DNA of 64,000 nt from Raillietiella orientalis. Its lineage: Eukaryota. The stretch's first letter is position 1. Each line of letters begins with the position of its first letter. Under the pieces are notes generated by a model. The model did no database searches and was not told the origin of the DNA. It saw nothing but the letters and a program-made list of their open reading frames with translations. Of the stretch, positions 48,901 to 61,364 are shown piece by piece. The stretch is taken from positions 1,860,001-1,924,000 of the forward strand of contig JAYWIR010000007.1 in NCBI GenBank assembly GCA_036172245.1. Direction: 5' to 3'. A program made the position numbers and the translations under genes.

Positions 48901-51805
48901 GGAAGGTCATCCCGGGATGGGCGCGTTGCTGATCCCCTGTCCCTCCCCTCCTTTCGGTCGAAAAGACACGGATTGCGCCTCTTCTTCCGGTCGCAGCTTC
49001 GCGGCAGCACCTCCGCCGGAGAAGGAGCGGGAAGCGACCGGCATCTCCTGCGGCGCAGGGGCTCCGGCGCTCTCCCCTGGGAGGAGAGGAGCCCCAGGAC
49101 GTGAAGGGGCGGCTTCGAGGTCGCCCCTCTTCGGGTCGGGGGGGCTGGAGCGTGGCGCCGCAGCTTCCGCCGCCCAGCCACTGGACGGTTGTTCAGGAAG
49201 AAGGAGAAGCTGCGGAAGATCGGCGGGCCGTCACCAGAGCTTCCTGCAGACGGTAGCAGCAAGCGGCAGCAGAAGGCGCCACCGGCGTCCACGGAGGCGA
49301 CCATCGGTCTTCCAGCAGACCCTTCGCCCCGCCTTCTCCCCGCACTCGAGAACTTACCGGGGGGGAGGGGGAGGCCTTCAGCGGCCGTGACGACGGTGAT
49401 TGGTTAGCCGCGCCGCCGCTCCCCACGACCGGCACGGGCGTTTCAGCCGGTCGGTCGGTGGGTAGGAAAGCGAGAGAAAGGAGCGGGAGAAAGGGTATTT
49501 CCGCCTCTGCGGAGCATCGACCACGCCCTCTCCTACTCCTCCTTCTCGCGTTCCCCCCCCCCTCCTCCTTCGCGTCGGAAGAAGCTCCTGCACACCTGCA
49601 TGTCTTCCCCCCACATCGATAATTCCTCATCGGCGGTGTGTCCCGTGATTGGCAAGAAACGTGAGGTCCCCGGGAATCGATATTTGCAACAAGGAGGAGG
49701 AAGGAGGAGGAGCAGCAGCAGCAGCAGCAGCTGCAGGAGAAAGGAGGAAGGGGAGGAGAAGGAGGAAGAGGAGGAAGGGATAGAACAGGGAATTTTCGAA
49801 CGCTATCAGGAGGCGAAGGGAGCTCATATCCTCACGGACTGAAGGCCATCTCCCGGGGCACGGCCGGCTGCGGTAGGCGAACACGGAAGCGGAAGACAGG
49901 AAAAGGGCACGTGCGTGTACACGTCCGAGCCTGCCGTGCACGACATCCGGGGGCAAACGTGTACACCTTATTCGCACGCAGAGCTCCTGAGCAGGAGCTC
50001 ATCCTCACTCATACACAGTGTGTGTGTGTGTGTGGATAATACATATGTGATCGTGTGCGCGTTCCGCGGGCACGGGCAGCTGCTGCTGCTGCTGCTGCTG
50101 CTCCTGGGAAGAAGGCCGCTGAGTTAGGGAGGGGCCCGAGGGGCTGACGACTTCGATATTCGTGCAGCGCTTCACATCGGCAGAAGAGGAAAACGGAGAC
50201 CGCGGGAGGATGCGCGCCTATCGGATCACCACGTCTGCTTTCCTGGCTTCCTTCTGTTCGCTTCGAAGGCATCCCAGAAGCAGCCGCTATCGGACCGACC
50301 CCCCCCCCCCCCTCCCCCTGGCCTCGTGGGAGCCGCCGCACCCACGAGGCCAGGTGCCTCCATGAGCACTGATCGGCGAAAGTGATTCAGGCCATCCCTC
50401 ACGAGGCGCTGCTTCCTCAGAGGAGGAAGATCAGCGGTGCTCTTCGTGCCTCACGGAGACTGTAGGGGAGGGGAAGGGGGGACCCTGTGTCCGAAAGCTC
50501 ATCATGGGGGAGCATATGCATGCAGATGTGAAACCATGGAGACGATCCCCGAGTTCTCCAGAGAAAGCCTGCGATCCTCTCCGCCGTCGTCACGATCCCA
50601 TGGTGCGCACCACGGGAGAAAACGGAGGATCTTTCCAATGCACCTGCGGTCCCTTAGCAACGACGGCGGTTCGACTCGCCGGGCTGGTGCGTCCGCGGAA
50701 CGTCGTCCCACTTGGGCGAATGGATTGCCGGGCAAGGTCTGCCCCCCTCCGGGATGGAACAACAAGGAATTTCAGTTTCCTGGAGACGACGCCACGAAAA
50801 CAAATTCTCCATGGAGAAAAAGTCCCCCTCTCACCATTCGTATTCGTCCCCTGATGTGCAAAAATCGTCCCTGCATTGTGCGGGGACGCCATGATTTTGT
50901 CAAGGAAGAAAAGAAAAAAAAAAAAAAGAAAGAAAGAAAGAAAGGAAAACGAAAATGAAGGGAGCATTCGAAGCGGCGGCCAAAGGAATTCCTTCACGTA
51001 AGATCCACAGCGAAAAGTGGCACCGTACAAGTGTTCGTGTAAAGTGCGTTTCAACATTCTCACCTTTTATCGCCGCCGCGCCGGAGGAAAAAGGGAATGA
51101 GGAAAAGGAAAAAAAAAAAAAAAAAAAACACCCTGCGATGGGGTTTTGAAGAGCGGCGAGCCCCAACCTGCGCGATCGAAGATCTCTGACGTAAATATCT
51201 TTTCGGCAAACCTCTTGGAATATCACGCCTGTAATCCTAGAGCGCATGAATAAATATCGATCCCATAGAAGGATCCCGGAAGGAGGCAAAGAATAATTAT
51301 TCGGAATTTAAACCCCGAATCCGAGCTCCTTCTTCGCCTCCCGGTCACGCCGTGCGCCTGGTGCCACACGGAAGCAGCACCGCAACTCAGGTACGTGGCC
51401 ATTGTTGACGTTTCCGCTTCCGACGGGGGGAGCATTGTTGCGTTTCCTTACCTTCCCCTCCCCCCCCCCCCTCGCCCGTGCTTGCGCCTCGTCCGACCCG
51501 ATGCGCTTCGTGCTCGCTTTGTCGGAGGTCGCTTTGCCGCGTGGTTCCGTGGTGGTAACGAAAGCTGTGGTGCGCTCCGACCTCGGAAGCGTGGAAAGTG
51601 TGGTCGGGAGGTGCGCACGCCCGCGGAAAAAAAACGGAACCCACCGGTCCGACCGCGTCCCCACGCAACCATATGTTGCTTTCCCCCGAGCTGGGCACGA
51701 GGAATGGCGACGACCCCGACGCCGGTGGCAGCGAGCCGATGGCCACGCCGCGGCTCCGAGGCACCGCGGACGGTGGCATCCGGAAATTTTCGGAAAACCG
51801 CGCGA

Positions 51806-51836
<31 letters not shown>

Positions 51837-54198
51837 TTCGGGGATGGGACAACACCTGTGTCGCCAACGCCTCGTCCCGAAACGCCTCTCCCGAGGATGA
51901 GACGTGCTGGAGGAAGGAAGGTGGGTTGCGGATACGTCGCAACCCTCAGGGCCGTGGAATTACCACCACCACCACCACCTTCCCAAAATTCTCTGTTCGT
52001 GTCGGCTTTCTTTCCTTTACTTCCACACGACCTGCGCTTCCCATTTTTGTCGTTCCATTCTTCGATCGAGAAGTGGCATTGGAAAGAAAAACAAAAAGGT
52101 GGTTGTGAGGATGCGCTCATTCTTGACGCGGCAGACCAGCCACCTCCCCCCCCAACCTGGACAGGCTATCGGGCAAAAGTGGGCTCACCCCGAAACCATC
52201 CGAGCTCCAGGATGCCCTACTTCGTAGGGGATCCCAGGCATGAGAGCTGATTTTTTTCCTGGAGGGTGGGCGGGTGGGTGAGTTAACGAAAGGCAGCGCT
52301 GTTTCGTCGTTGGTGTTTCTCGCGGAGGTAGGAGGTGAGTTTGGACCTCGAGAGCATTGGATCACGACGGCTGAAAATTCCCAAAGGACCCGCCGTGCCA
52401 CCCACAGGCAGGCAACAGGGTCGCGTCTCCCGGGCTGCGAGCAGCCCTGGCTGTCTACGCGCACAGGAAGCGACCCCTACGATAGTGCGGCGGCGGTCCT
52501 CTCCGCTTCCATCAACGACCGTCTGCGAGGAAACTGCATAGAGGGACGACCTCGGCTCGCGGGCGTCCACTCCCCCATCACGTCACTTGTGGTGGGCATC
52601 CCTCGCACCTGCGTTTGGACAAGGACGCGACCCCCGAGTCTCCAGGTCCGGTCCTGGATGAGAAACAGTTGGGGAAGGACCCCAAGTGTCCTACAGGCCT
52701 CATGCTGTTCTCTGCAGGAATTCCACAAGCGAACAATCTGACCCTTGGGCAGATGCGGGCCACGCACGAAGCCCAATATGCTGCTCATCCTTCGGAAAGA
52801 ATTTCCCCCGTTCCCCGAGGAGGAGAGAGAGGAAATTACCGGCTCCTGAGATGCCAGAAGCCACTGAATCCAGTCCCATCTTTCTGTCTCTCGAAATCTC
52901 GTTTCCACCCCTTGGCCCTTCCTCCTCTTTCCCCTGTTCCCTTCGCATTCCTCCACTGAGCGGCTCCCAAAGAAGCACGCAGATCGCTCTTGCAAACTTG
53001 TCGCCTCCTCTCCTGGTTCTCCAGAAAGGCACGGGATCTTCCGGCGAGCACTTGGGGCCTGCGTTCGTCTCCCTTTTGCTCTCGCGTTGACCACGTCCCC
53101 TCTCCTCACCGACGCAGCTTCTCTCCTCCCTCCCCTCCCCTTCGCTCCGATCTTCCCACGCTTTCCCAGGAAACCCGCCTGCCAGCTTCCCTTCGGAATC
53201 GCGGGGGAGCTGTCAGGCGAATCCGCACATCGGAAACCCTGGGACCCTCACAGGAACTCCTCCACTCCGTTGTGCGTTCTCTGGCAAAGGAGGCATAAGG
53301 CGGCACTTTCCCTCCCCCCTCCTTCCCGGTCCCTCAGACTGCAGGGGCTATGGTTCCTTCTCCTTGTCTTCTCTCTGGAACCGCTGTCGGAACACTCTAG
53401 AGTCGAACCGTTATTCGGGGGGGAGGACGAACAGGAAAGGACTCGCCGGATGCATCTCCAAGAAAACCTCCCTTGAAGACGTTTCCTCCAAGGAAACGCA
53501 ACATGCAGGAGTGATCGATAGCCTTCCACGTGGGTGTCCCTCCTCTTCATGCACTCGGGAAGACTCGGCTGCGTGGGGTTCGGTAGCTTCTCTCATCTTC
53601 AGATAGGGACGGCTCGTGACTCTTGCCTGTTCTGCACGAGCGGTACAGTGACGAGCAGAGATGCCTTTTCCTGATAGACGACTCCACCTGCTTCCCCCTT
53701 TCTTCCTCCGTTCCCTCGTCAGGATAGGAGAGTCAGGACGGCCGGTTCCTAGGACTCGGTTATCCGGTCCGCAGACGAGGGACCGGAGAGCTTCGAAAGT
53801 CGGAGGACTTCCCCCCCCCCGCAGGATCCTTGCTCTTTGGTGCACGCGGACGTTTTCTTTGCCCTGGAATCCGCCTGCATCTTCCCTGTAGACTCAACGC
53901 GCACTACCCCGTGGTGCTGTTCCCCAAAACGATCCCCGGACGACTCTCCTCCTGTTGCCGAAACTGTTCAGAAAGGGGGGGGGGAGAATGGCTGTCCTGG
54001 AATGTGTTCCGGGGTGGACGGAGCCTCGTTCCCACTCGTAGTTGCCGGCTGCCTTGGAAAGATGCATGGAGCTTGGGTGGTTAGCCGGTGGGGCCGAAGT
54101 GGTCGGTCTGACGGGCGGCGGCCATTGGGAGAAAGATGTAGGGATTCTGAGACAGCGTCGCTTCTGCTCTTTTCAGGACCAGCGCGATCCCATCTGCG

Positions 54199-54448
54199 AT
54201 GCACCTGCTGTGGTTCTGTGCGACCGCCTCCTTCCTCTGCCTGCTATCCTGGGTGCACTCCACTCCTCTGAAGTCTCACCATCACAATGGTAACTGTCCT
54301 GGTCCTCCCTCCGCTCTAACGCGCCCCATGCCAGAGAGACGCTCCGTGGAAGACATCCAGTTTGGCAACCAGCAGAACCTACCCATCTCTTCAGAGGAAA
54401 AGCTGCTGGAGAAGGACCGCAACATGTCAAAGGAACCCGAAAGAGCGA
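54199..54448 (+). CDS. Prohormone-2/NVP-like coding exon 1 (signal peptide, FGNQQN)
   Basis: Acceptor ttttcag| at 54176, ATG at 54199, donor A|gtaagt at 54449. Confidence 0.85.
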
Positions 54449-57400
54449 GTAAGTAGATGGAGCGACGAGAGAGGCAAAGACTGCAGGCGAGCAGCCAAGA
54501 GAGGAATCGCTCGCTCTGCCCAGGGGCGGGGGGGGATCCCTCTGGACGCTCGGGAAGCGCGCGCCAAGGGACCAGGGGAGAGGCACGAACCAGGCGCCCT
54601 CTCTCTGAGCGTACTTGCTGAGGTCACGCACTTTTCCGACCTGGCGAGCTCTCCACGTGGCACGCGGCAGCCGTCACCCGAGCATTCTTTCCCGGAGTGC
54701 ATCCCGACACGATGAACACGCGTTCCCGTGTTTGTGCACTTTGCGCCTGCCTTTTCCTCCCTCTTCCCCGACTCGCTTCACGGTCAGAGTGACACTCCTG
54801 GCGGGGGAAGCAGCAACGAAGACGACGACGATGACGACTAGGAAACCGGAAACCCTCCGGCGCGCGAATGCTGCAACGGCGGAGGCGCCGCTTATCAGAG
54901 CGGCGCCCCCGCCCGGCCGGCGCCGCAGCGGCACCCGCTTTCCGGGACAGGCGCTCAAGCAGCGGAAGGAAGAAAAGAACCTCCTGCCACGGGCCCAGAG
55001 GTCTTTCCGTCGGCCTTCGACTAGGTCGGTCGTGCACGCACGCGTGCGCGAGCGCCGAGAGAGCTGACCACTGCGCGCCGTGCTCTTGCCGACCATCTCA
55101 GCAGCAGGTAACCCCCCTATCTCTCGAGGCAGCACAGATCCGATGGTGGCACAGGATGTGGCGGGCATGTGAGGAGCTGGCGCTGAAACGAGGCGGACGC
55201 TGCGTTCTCGACAGCGACCGTGAGAGGGGAGTTGCGCGGCATCGTCGCGACCCGCGTCACCACCAGCGCGCACTTGAGACACGCGGGCACACCGGCGTTG
55301 CGTTATGGGACTGGGGACTTTCCGATGCGCCTTGGGAGCGTGGGTGAATTCGCGGGGGGAAGGCATCTCCAACGCGCCCGATGAAAAAAAGAGAAACGCG
55401 GAAGCCTGCATGAGCTTCCGTCCCGGGCGCGCCACCTGCCCATCGCAGAGCCGAGCGAGCGTGGTCGCTTCCGCCTCTCTTCACGGTCGCTCATGCCGGC
55501 CTCCATGACGACGGGGCGAGGGTCTGCGCGAACGAGATCCAGTTGGGAAAGCAGCGGCAGGTTCCTCCGCGAAAGCTAAGGAAAAGGAGCGAAACCCTCA
55601 GCTGCGGGCGGTGGAACCGGAAAAAAAGGCGAAAGTGAAAGGGTAACCACTGCGCCTTGCGAGCTTGGAAGCCGGCGGAAGCGCGCCGTCCGGAGGAGCG
55701 GCGGAGCTCGCGCGCTTCCGGAGGCCACGTCGACGGCAGCTCCTCTCTCTCCCGACTCGACTACTTCATCTCTTCTTGCTGCTGTCTTTTCAGATTACCC
55801 GAAAGATAAAAGCTATGGATTAGGCAACCCCGACGAATACGACGCCGTGGAGGAACCCGTGGCTCTGCCTTACTTGGAAGAGCCGCAGGTGTACGAGCCC
55901 ATCGTCTCCAAGAGGAGGCTCAGCTACGTCAACCCGTATGCGTACTACGATAAAGGTGAGTCGCCGGCGCAAGACGAAAGCCGCCCGGGATGGGGACCGC
56001 AGCCTCTGAGACCCGCATTGTAAAGAGCGGCACCCGTGAAACGTTTCTTCTATGCTGGCAGCGAGGCCTCCACCCTCGGGGCTTGCGGGAAGTCGCCATG
56101 GCCTCCACGGCTTGTGTATTCTAGGGAGCGTTCCAGCTGCAATCCGAGGGTGGCTTTGCTTAGCGACACGGACTCCGAGGACCGTCGCCTTTCGCGTTTT
56201 GCCCCGCGGGCATTTTCGAGCAATGCCAGATGGCAGGTTGGGATGATTCCCTTTCAGGGCTAGGGGTAGCCGGCCGCTTTGCTCAAGACGCACACGGAGG
56301 CCTGCCCACCGGTCGTCCCACCGAGCGGTGGAAGGAGGAAAAAGGCAGCCTTTCCAGGAATGGCGATTCCAACGGCGTCGATCCCCTGGCAACCACCCGT
56401 CTCTAACCATCGCGGCCATTCCGACTACCGTTTCAATCTACTCCCGGCCGGAGGGCCAGCGCCACGCACCAGACGCAACCTGCTTCTTGTTGTTGTCGTT
56501 TGTTTTCTATCCCAATTCAGCACACTCGAAAGAGCGACTAGGAACCTCAACGCGCGGCACCCTTGCTCTGTGCAGATGCAAGGCAGATGTCTCCAGGAAT
56601 GCGGAACAGCACTCAAAGATAAAAAGTATAGGACGTGAGCACTTGGACTGGATGCGACCCGATCGCTGGAACGGTCTGCCATTTGTCACGGTTCCAGAGC
56701 AGCCTGGTGAATTGCCGAGACATCGAGCGTCCCCTCACGCGTTTGCACCACCACCACTTGACGTCCCGCGTGCTCCCGATGCTGATGGGAGGAGGGAGGG
56801 GCTAAGCGCCCCTCCCTCCTCCCATCAGCGTTAGAACGAGCCAGTATGTCGGCCGTATACCGACCGCAATCCTCATCGCGTCCTGAAGTCTTCGCCGCCC
56901 GCTCCTTTGGCGTGGGGACTTAATGAGGTAGGCAGCAGTCCTCTCGGAAAGAGAAAGGCAGCGATGGGGCTCTCCCGCAAGAAGGCGCAGCGGTCGCTCC
57001 TTGTCCCTCTTTCCTGCCCGGAAACCACTCCTAACGCAACCCAGTCACACGGAAGCGACCCCGGAAGAACGACGGCATCTCCGGGCCGCGAGACAGGTCC
57101 TCAACTTCTTGAGTTTTCGAGAAAGCGTGGTCAGGATGGAGGCGGTGTTGCCTTTCGCGAGGCGTCGTCCTCCCTCGAGGATGCAGGCAGAAGAGACTTG
57201 ATGATGAGAAGAGCTACCAAAGATTCTAGGGAGCAACTAGAAAGGGATTATTCCGCTGCTGTCTGTTGTCCCTCCAGGCACGACCAGCTGACCCACGAAC
57301 TAATGCGGGAGCGTAGGCTCCCGTCTCTCCGTAGCAGCATTCTAAGCAGCAGCACAGAGCTCTTAGATAGTGCCTTCTCAACCTGGAACTTCGCACGATG

Positions 57401-58471
57401 ACCCCGGGAACCCTTCCTCAATGAGATGCAGCCCTCGCGTTGGTGCCTTAGCGTCTGGTTCTCTTCAGCTCGCCTTCTGGCGATGAAGCCTGCACTTGTG
57501 AATTCTGCTGCTGACTCTCTTTCAAGGCCTTCTACCCAGTTCCATTCTTTCGCACCCTTGAAGTGCGTCTTTTACCCGTTTTCCAGTGGTCCTCTTCTCT
57601 CCCCCGACCGTTGGGAGAACTTCGGCGGCAGTCCATTTAGCTTTCCCTTTCCTTGTGCCAAGACTCCGTCGTGGTGACGTCACGGACCGGCACATCCCTG
57701 CGGAGGAGGTCCTTTTCCCACCCCAGGCCAGAAGAAATCGGCAGCTCCTGTCCGGATTCCGTCCGCGAAGAGCCGACCCGATCGTAACAGGCCGTCCCGT
57801 TTCCAGGGAGTTTCGACGATTCCGAACCGGAGCCGACCTACTACGGACGGAGCAGACGGACGTCCTTCCAGAGCCGCTCGAAGCGCTTCGCCAAGAATCC
57901 GAAGGTCCTCTCCGAGGAAGAGATCAATGGGCTGGTTTCGCTTCTGAACCTCAAGCAGGACGCCCACGGACCTTACCAGGCGAGGGAGCGCAACCACTTC
58001 AGATGGCCTTCGGAGGAAGAGCAGCTGGACCCTCGCCTGTACCTGCGCCAGGCGGAGAGGGCTCGGGGAAGCGAATACGGCGTGGAGCAGATCGATGACG
58101 ACGGTAGGAAAGCCAGGAAGAGGGAGGAGAGGAGGAGGAGGGAGGGAGAGGGAAGGAGGGGGCGCGAAGACGTCTCCAAGAACAGGCCCGATGGGAGGTT
58201 CTTGTTCTTTCCCTGCAGAGCAACCGCTTCCCTGGTACAGAGACTACAAGTCCAGCTACTACAGCAGCCCTTACTCCGCAAGCTATGACTACCACTCCTA
58301 CCCGAACCAGAAGAAGTCCGCGGCTGCGTACGGAAGGCTGCCGAGCCAGAAGCTGACCGAGGTAGGGGTGCCGTCTGCGCGGCAGACGCCCTGAGGACGG
58401 AATTATCCCTCCAGGACGAGAGAATCAAGTACCTCGCCTACCTGCTGAATCCCAACAGGGACGAAGAGTGA
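54199..58471 (+). CDS. Secreted neuropeptide-like precursor, prohormone-2 / NVP-like family, 302 aa, 5 coding exons
   Basis: Exons 54199-54448, 55794-55955, 57807-58103, 58219-58361, 58415-58471, all GT-AG with consistent phases. Signal peptide MHLLWFCATASFLCLLSWVHS. RR-SVEDIQFGNQQN matches the KR-AQE..MFGNQQN hallmark of insect prohormone-2. SEEEINGLVSLL, acidic EQIDDD followed by PW, a Tyr-rich tail and dibasic sites (RR, KRR, RSRR, KR, KK) are all collinear with that family. Confidence 0.82.
55794..55955 (+). CDS. Prohormone-2/NVP-like coding exon 2 (YPKDKSYGLG...SKRRLSYVNPYAYYDK)
   Basis: cttttcag| acceptor, AAAG|gtgagt donor, phase 1-1. Confidence 0.85.
57807..58471 (+). CDS. Prohormone-2/NVP-like coding exons 3-5 (57807-58103, 58219-58361, 58415-58471)
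   Basis: SFDDSEPEPTYYGRSRRTSFQSRSKRFAK...EQIDDD | EQPLPWYRDYKSSYYSS...KLTE | DERIKYLAYLLNPNRDEE*. Confidence 0.8.
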
Positions 58472-58610
58472 TGGCGGTCCCGAAATACCCTCAGCGCCTC
58501 TTCTGCTCCCCCCCCGTCTCGTCCAAAAGTGTTTCATTGTGGGAAGATTGGAAATATACGCTTTCGTCTTCCTCCGGGAACAACAAATCGTGCCAGAAGC
58601 AGGGTCTTTT

Positions 58611-58722
58611 CTTAGTTCCCCTTTCTTCCGTGAGATGGCACTGCAGCGCCGTCCCGAAGCGCAAGCGCGGGGGGAACATCAGAGAGCACGATCCCAGCAG
58701 CACCGCTTTCCTCGGACCGGGA
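58611..58722 (+). repeat. ~110-bp dispersed repeat, copy 1
   Basis: cttagttcccctttcttccgtgagatggcactgcagcgccgtcccgaagcgcaagcgcg...cggga is repeated at 59860-59970. Confidence 0.95.
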
Positions 58723-59859
58723 AGCCCCTCCCCTTTCCTTCCCTCCCTCCCCCTCCCTCACTTCCTCTTCTAGCGGGACCCCTGCATTCTGAAACGCGCC
58801 TTACAGAGATCAGCCGAGGACCCCCGCACTTCGTCATCCCGACAAGGACCTTGCCTTTCCCTCCGAGCGGGAGGGAGCCGACCTGCCTTGAGGAGGGGGA
58901 GGAAGAGGGGGAGGAACGAAGCGGGGAAGACGACGGCTTCCCTCCTCCTCCTCCTCCTCTCCCTCCCTCTGCCCGTCCGTCTGCCCGCCCCGTCTTCGGG
59001 ACCGGGAAAGCGAGGGCGGCTCACCAGAGGAGTTCCTCGGCGGAGGAGCAGGGGCGAGGGGCAGGGCGGAACTCCAAGGTCGTTGATTGAAACGAAGCGT
59101 GCGCGAAGGCCGGCGTCGCCCGCCTATCGGGGAGATGGGAGGCAAGCTGCCGCCGTCGATTCGCGCGCACCCGCTCTGGCCGGCCGACTGCCGCCGGGAG
59201 CGAAGGAAGGGCAGGAGGAAGGGATACCTGGACTCACGCCTGGGTAGCAGCGAACGAGCATTCCCGGTCAGGCATAGGCGCGGCGGCAGCGTCCACCTGA
59301 GGGAGTGGGAGGCGGCTTGAGAGGAGCTCCCGGCGGCTAAGGGAGGAGGTTGGCGACCTCCCACGCAGACTCCTCAGGATCCTGAGCCGAAGGAGCCCTA
59401 CCGCGCGTGCGCACAACCATCGTCGAGATCTTGGCTTTCTCTCCGTCCTCGACGACGGCAGGCCACTGCTTCTCGCTGAGGAAGAAGGCTCGGGGAGAGG
59501 GAGCAGGTGGCTGGGTTTTCCTCTTCTTTCTCTTCCCCTCCCCCCCCCGCGCTCCTTGGGGTCACCGGGAGGGATGGAATTCAGTGAGTTGGACATGAAG
59601 GAATGATGAAGCAGCAGCACAGGGAAGCGGACCCCTTTTCTCGTCCTCGTGGACGCGGCAGGCGAATGACGAGCACGCAGATCGGAGACATGGCGGCGAC
59701 GCGGGCGTTCGGCGAGGAGCGAGCGAGGGTGGAAACAAGCATGGGGGAGGGAAAGAGGGAGAAAGTAAAGGAGAGGAAGTCAGTGGGAGTCAAGGGTCAG
59801 GGTGGATCAGGGAGCTCTCGGGATAGCGACAAGAGAGGCGCACGGAGCGAGGCGGACGA

Positions 59860-59970
59860 CTTAGTTCCCCTTGCTTCCGTAAGATAGCACTGCAGCGCCG
59901 TCCCGAAGCGCAAGCGCGGGGGAGCATCAGCGAGCACGATCCCAGCAGCACCGCTTTCCTCGGTCCGGGA
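59860..59970 (+). repeat. ~110-bp dispersed repeat, copy 2
   Basis: Direct repeat of 58611-58722 with a handful of substitutions. Confidence 0.95.
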
Positions 59971-61239
59971 GGCCATGAAGCGAACCTCTCCCTGAGGACA
60001 CAACCTCCCTCCCCCTCCCTTTCCCGACACCCCGTGCCCCATTACCCCTCAGACAACGGAGCAGCTACCCTTGGCCGCTCTCGACCCCCGCTTTCCAGGG
60101 GCCTCTTTCTCCATCCGTGCTCGTCCGCGGACTCCCCCAGGCCCTCCACAGGCCTCCTCCGGAAGCGCAGGAGCGGAAGGAAGGAAGCATAGCGCTGAAA
60201 AAAAAAAAAAAGAAAACGATCTGGGCTCAGGAGTCGAGGCGATTCCCTCCAGGAGAGAGTCCCGGAACACATCGATCCGACGGGCGAGGAGGGAGAGGAA
60301 AGGGAAGGGGGGGAGGGGAGGAAGAGCGAACCTCCCCGCTCCGCGTTCCCACGGCGTCCACGAACGCGCGCTCGACGGTCTCCGTCCCGACTTGGAGGGA
60401 GGATTCGCTGGGACTCTCCCATGGCACACACTCCTCTTCCCCAGGACCCACGGGAACTTCCCCCGCGAGCCCGGAGGAAAGGGCTCTCCACAGGCCTCCT
60501 TCCTTACCCCTTCCGAGTAGAACGGCGTCCCTGAAGGGAGGAGGCAAACCGTTTTTTTCCTGGAGGGCAGTTCGGGATTCCCTCGCACTGGCGTCATCCA
60601 CTGGGGTGCGCCAGCGTTCGAATCCCCCCCCCCCGACCCCCGCGGCTTCGATCGGGAGAGGAGGCCGAGGAAGAGCCAAGAACGCAGCCAGCCACCATGG
60701 AAACGGGCCGTGCTGCTGCTGCTCCCACTTGGGGGCGCTGCTCATTGGGCAGCAGGGTGGGGGGATGTGTTCCTCCTCCCCCGCAATCCCCCACACTCCG
60801 TGCGGACCAGAGCGTGAAGTCGCGCGCTGCACTGTACACAAAACTCGCGCGCAGTACGGAAACCACGGAAACCCTCCGGAAACTCCTCGCGCAGCGACGC
60901 TCCCTCCCTCCCCCCCACCTGTGAGACCCGTACCATACGCTCAAAAGCGCGCGTGCGGAAACCTGCATCCCCCGGAAAAGCGCACGGAACGAGCTGTGCC
61001 GGAGCTGCGTTGCCCCCCCCCCCCCCTCTCCCCGTCCATCCTCCATTCGCCGCGTGAGAGCGCAACAGCACCGTGGGCATTTCGCGGGCGTTTCTCCTCC
61101 TTCCAGGGAAAGGGAGGAGAGCGCTCGACTCCGGGAGAAGGCGGCCATAGAGAATTCCCGGCGAGCCAGAAGATGCTCCCCCCTCTCCTCCCTCCCCTCT
61201 CCTTTCGCCCGTGGAATGCTCGCTAGGTTGCGACGAGCG

Positions 61240-61364
61240 CTTAGTTCTCCTTTCTTCCGTCAGATGGCACTGCCGCCGGCGCACGCTCTGGATGGAAGCT
61301 CCGGAGGGAGGGGGGAGGAGGGAAGGAGAGGAGGGACGTGAAAAGCACGATCCTGGCCGCACCC
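61240..61364 (+). repeat. Dispersed repeat, diverged copy 3
   Basis: The first ~34 bp (cttagttctcctttcttccgtcagatggcactgc) and the later agcacgatcc..gcacc segment match copies 1 and 2; the middle is different. Confidence 0.75.

Noticed and set aside
52630..52810. Possible LINE RT relic (…RNSWGRTPSVLQ…), and similar faint signals at ~56600-57400
   Set aside because: Single weak motif echoes, too little to call without a profile search.
60560..60640. tRNA B-box-like GTTCGAATCC (also GTTCGAACCC at ~31094)
   Set aside because: No cloverleaf and no correctly spaced A-box could be built.
58611..61364. CRISPR-like array interpretation of the spaced repeats
   Set aside because: Eukaryotic intron-containing context, repeats of ~110 bp with >1 kb spacers, and no cas genes.
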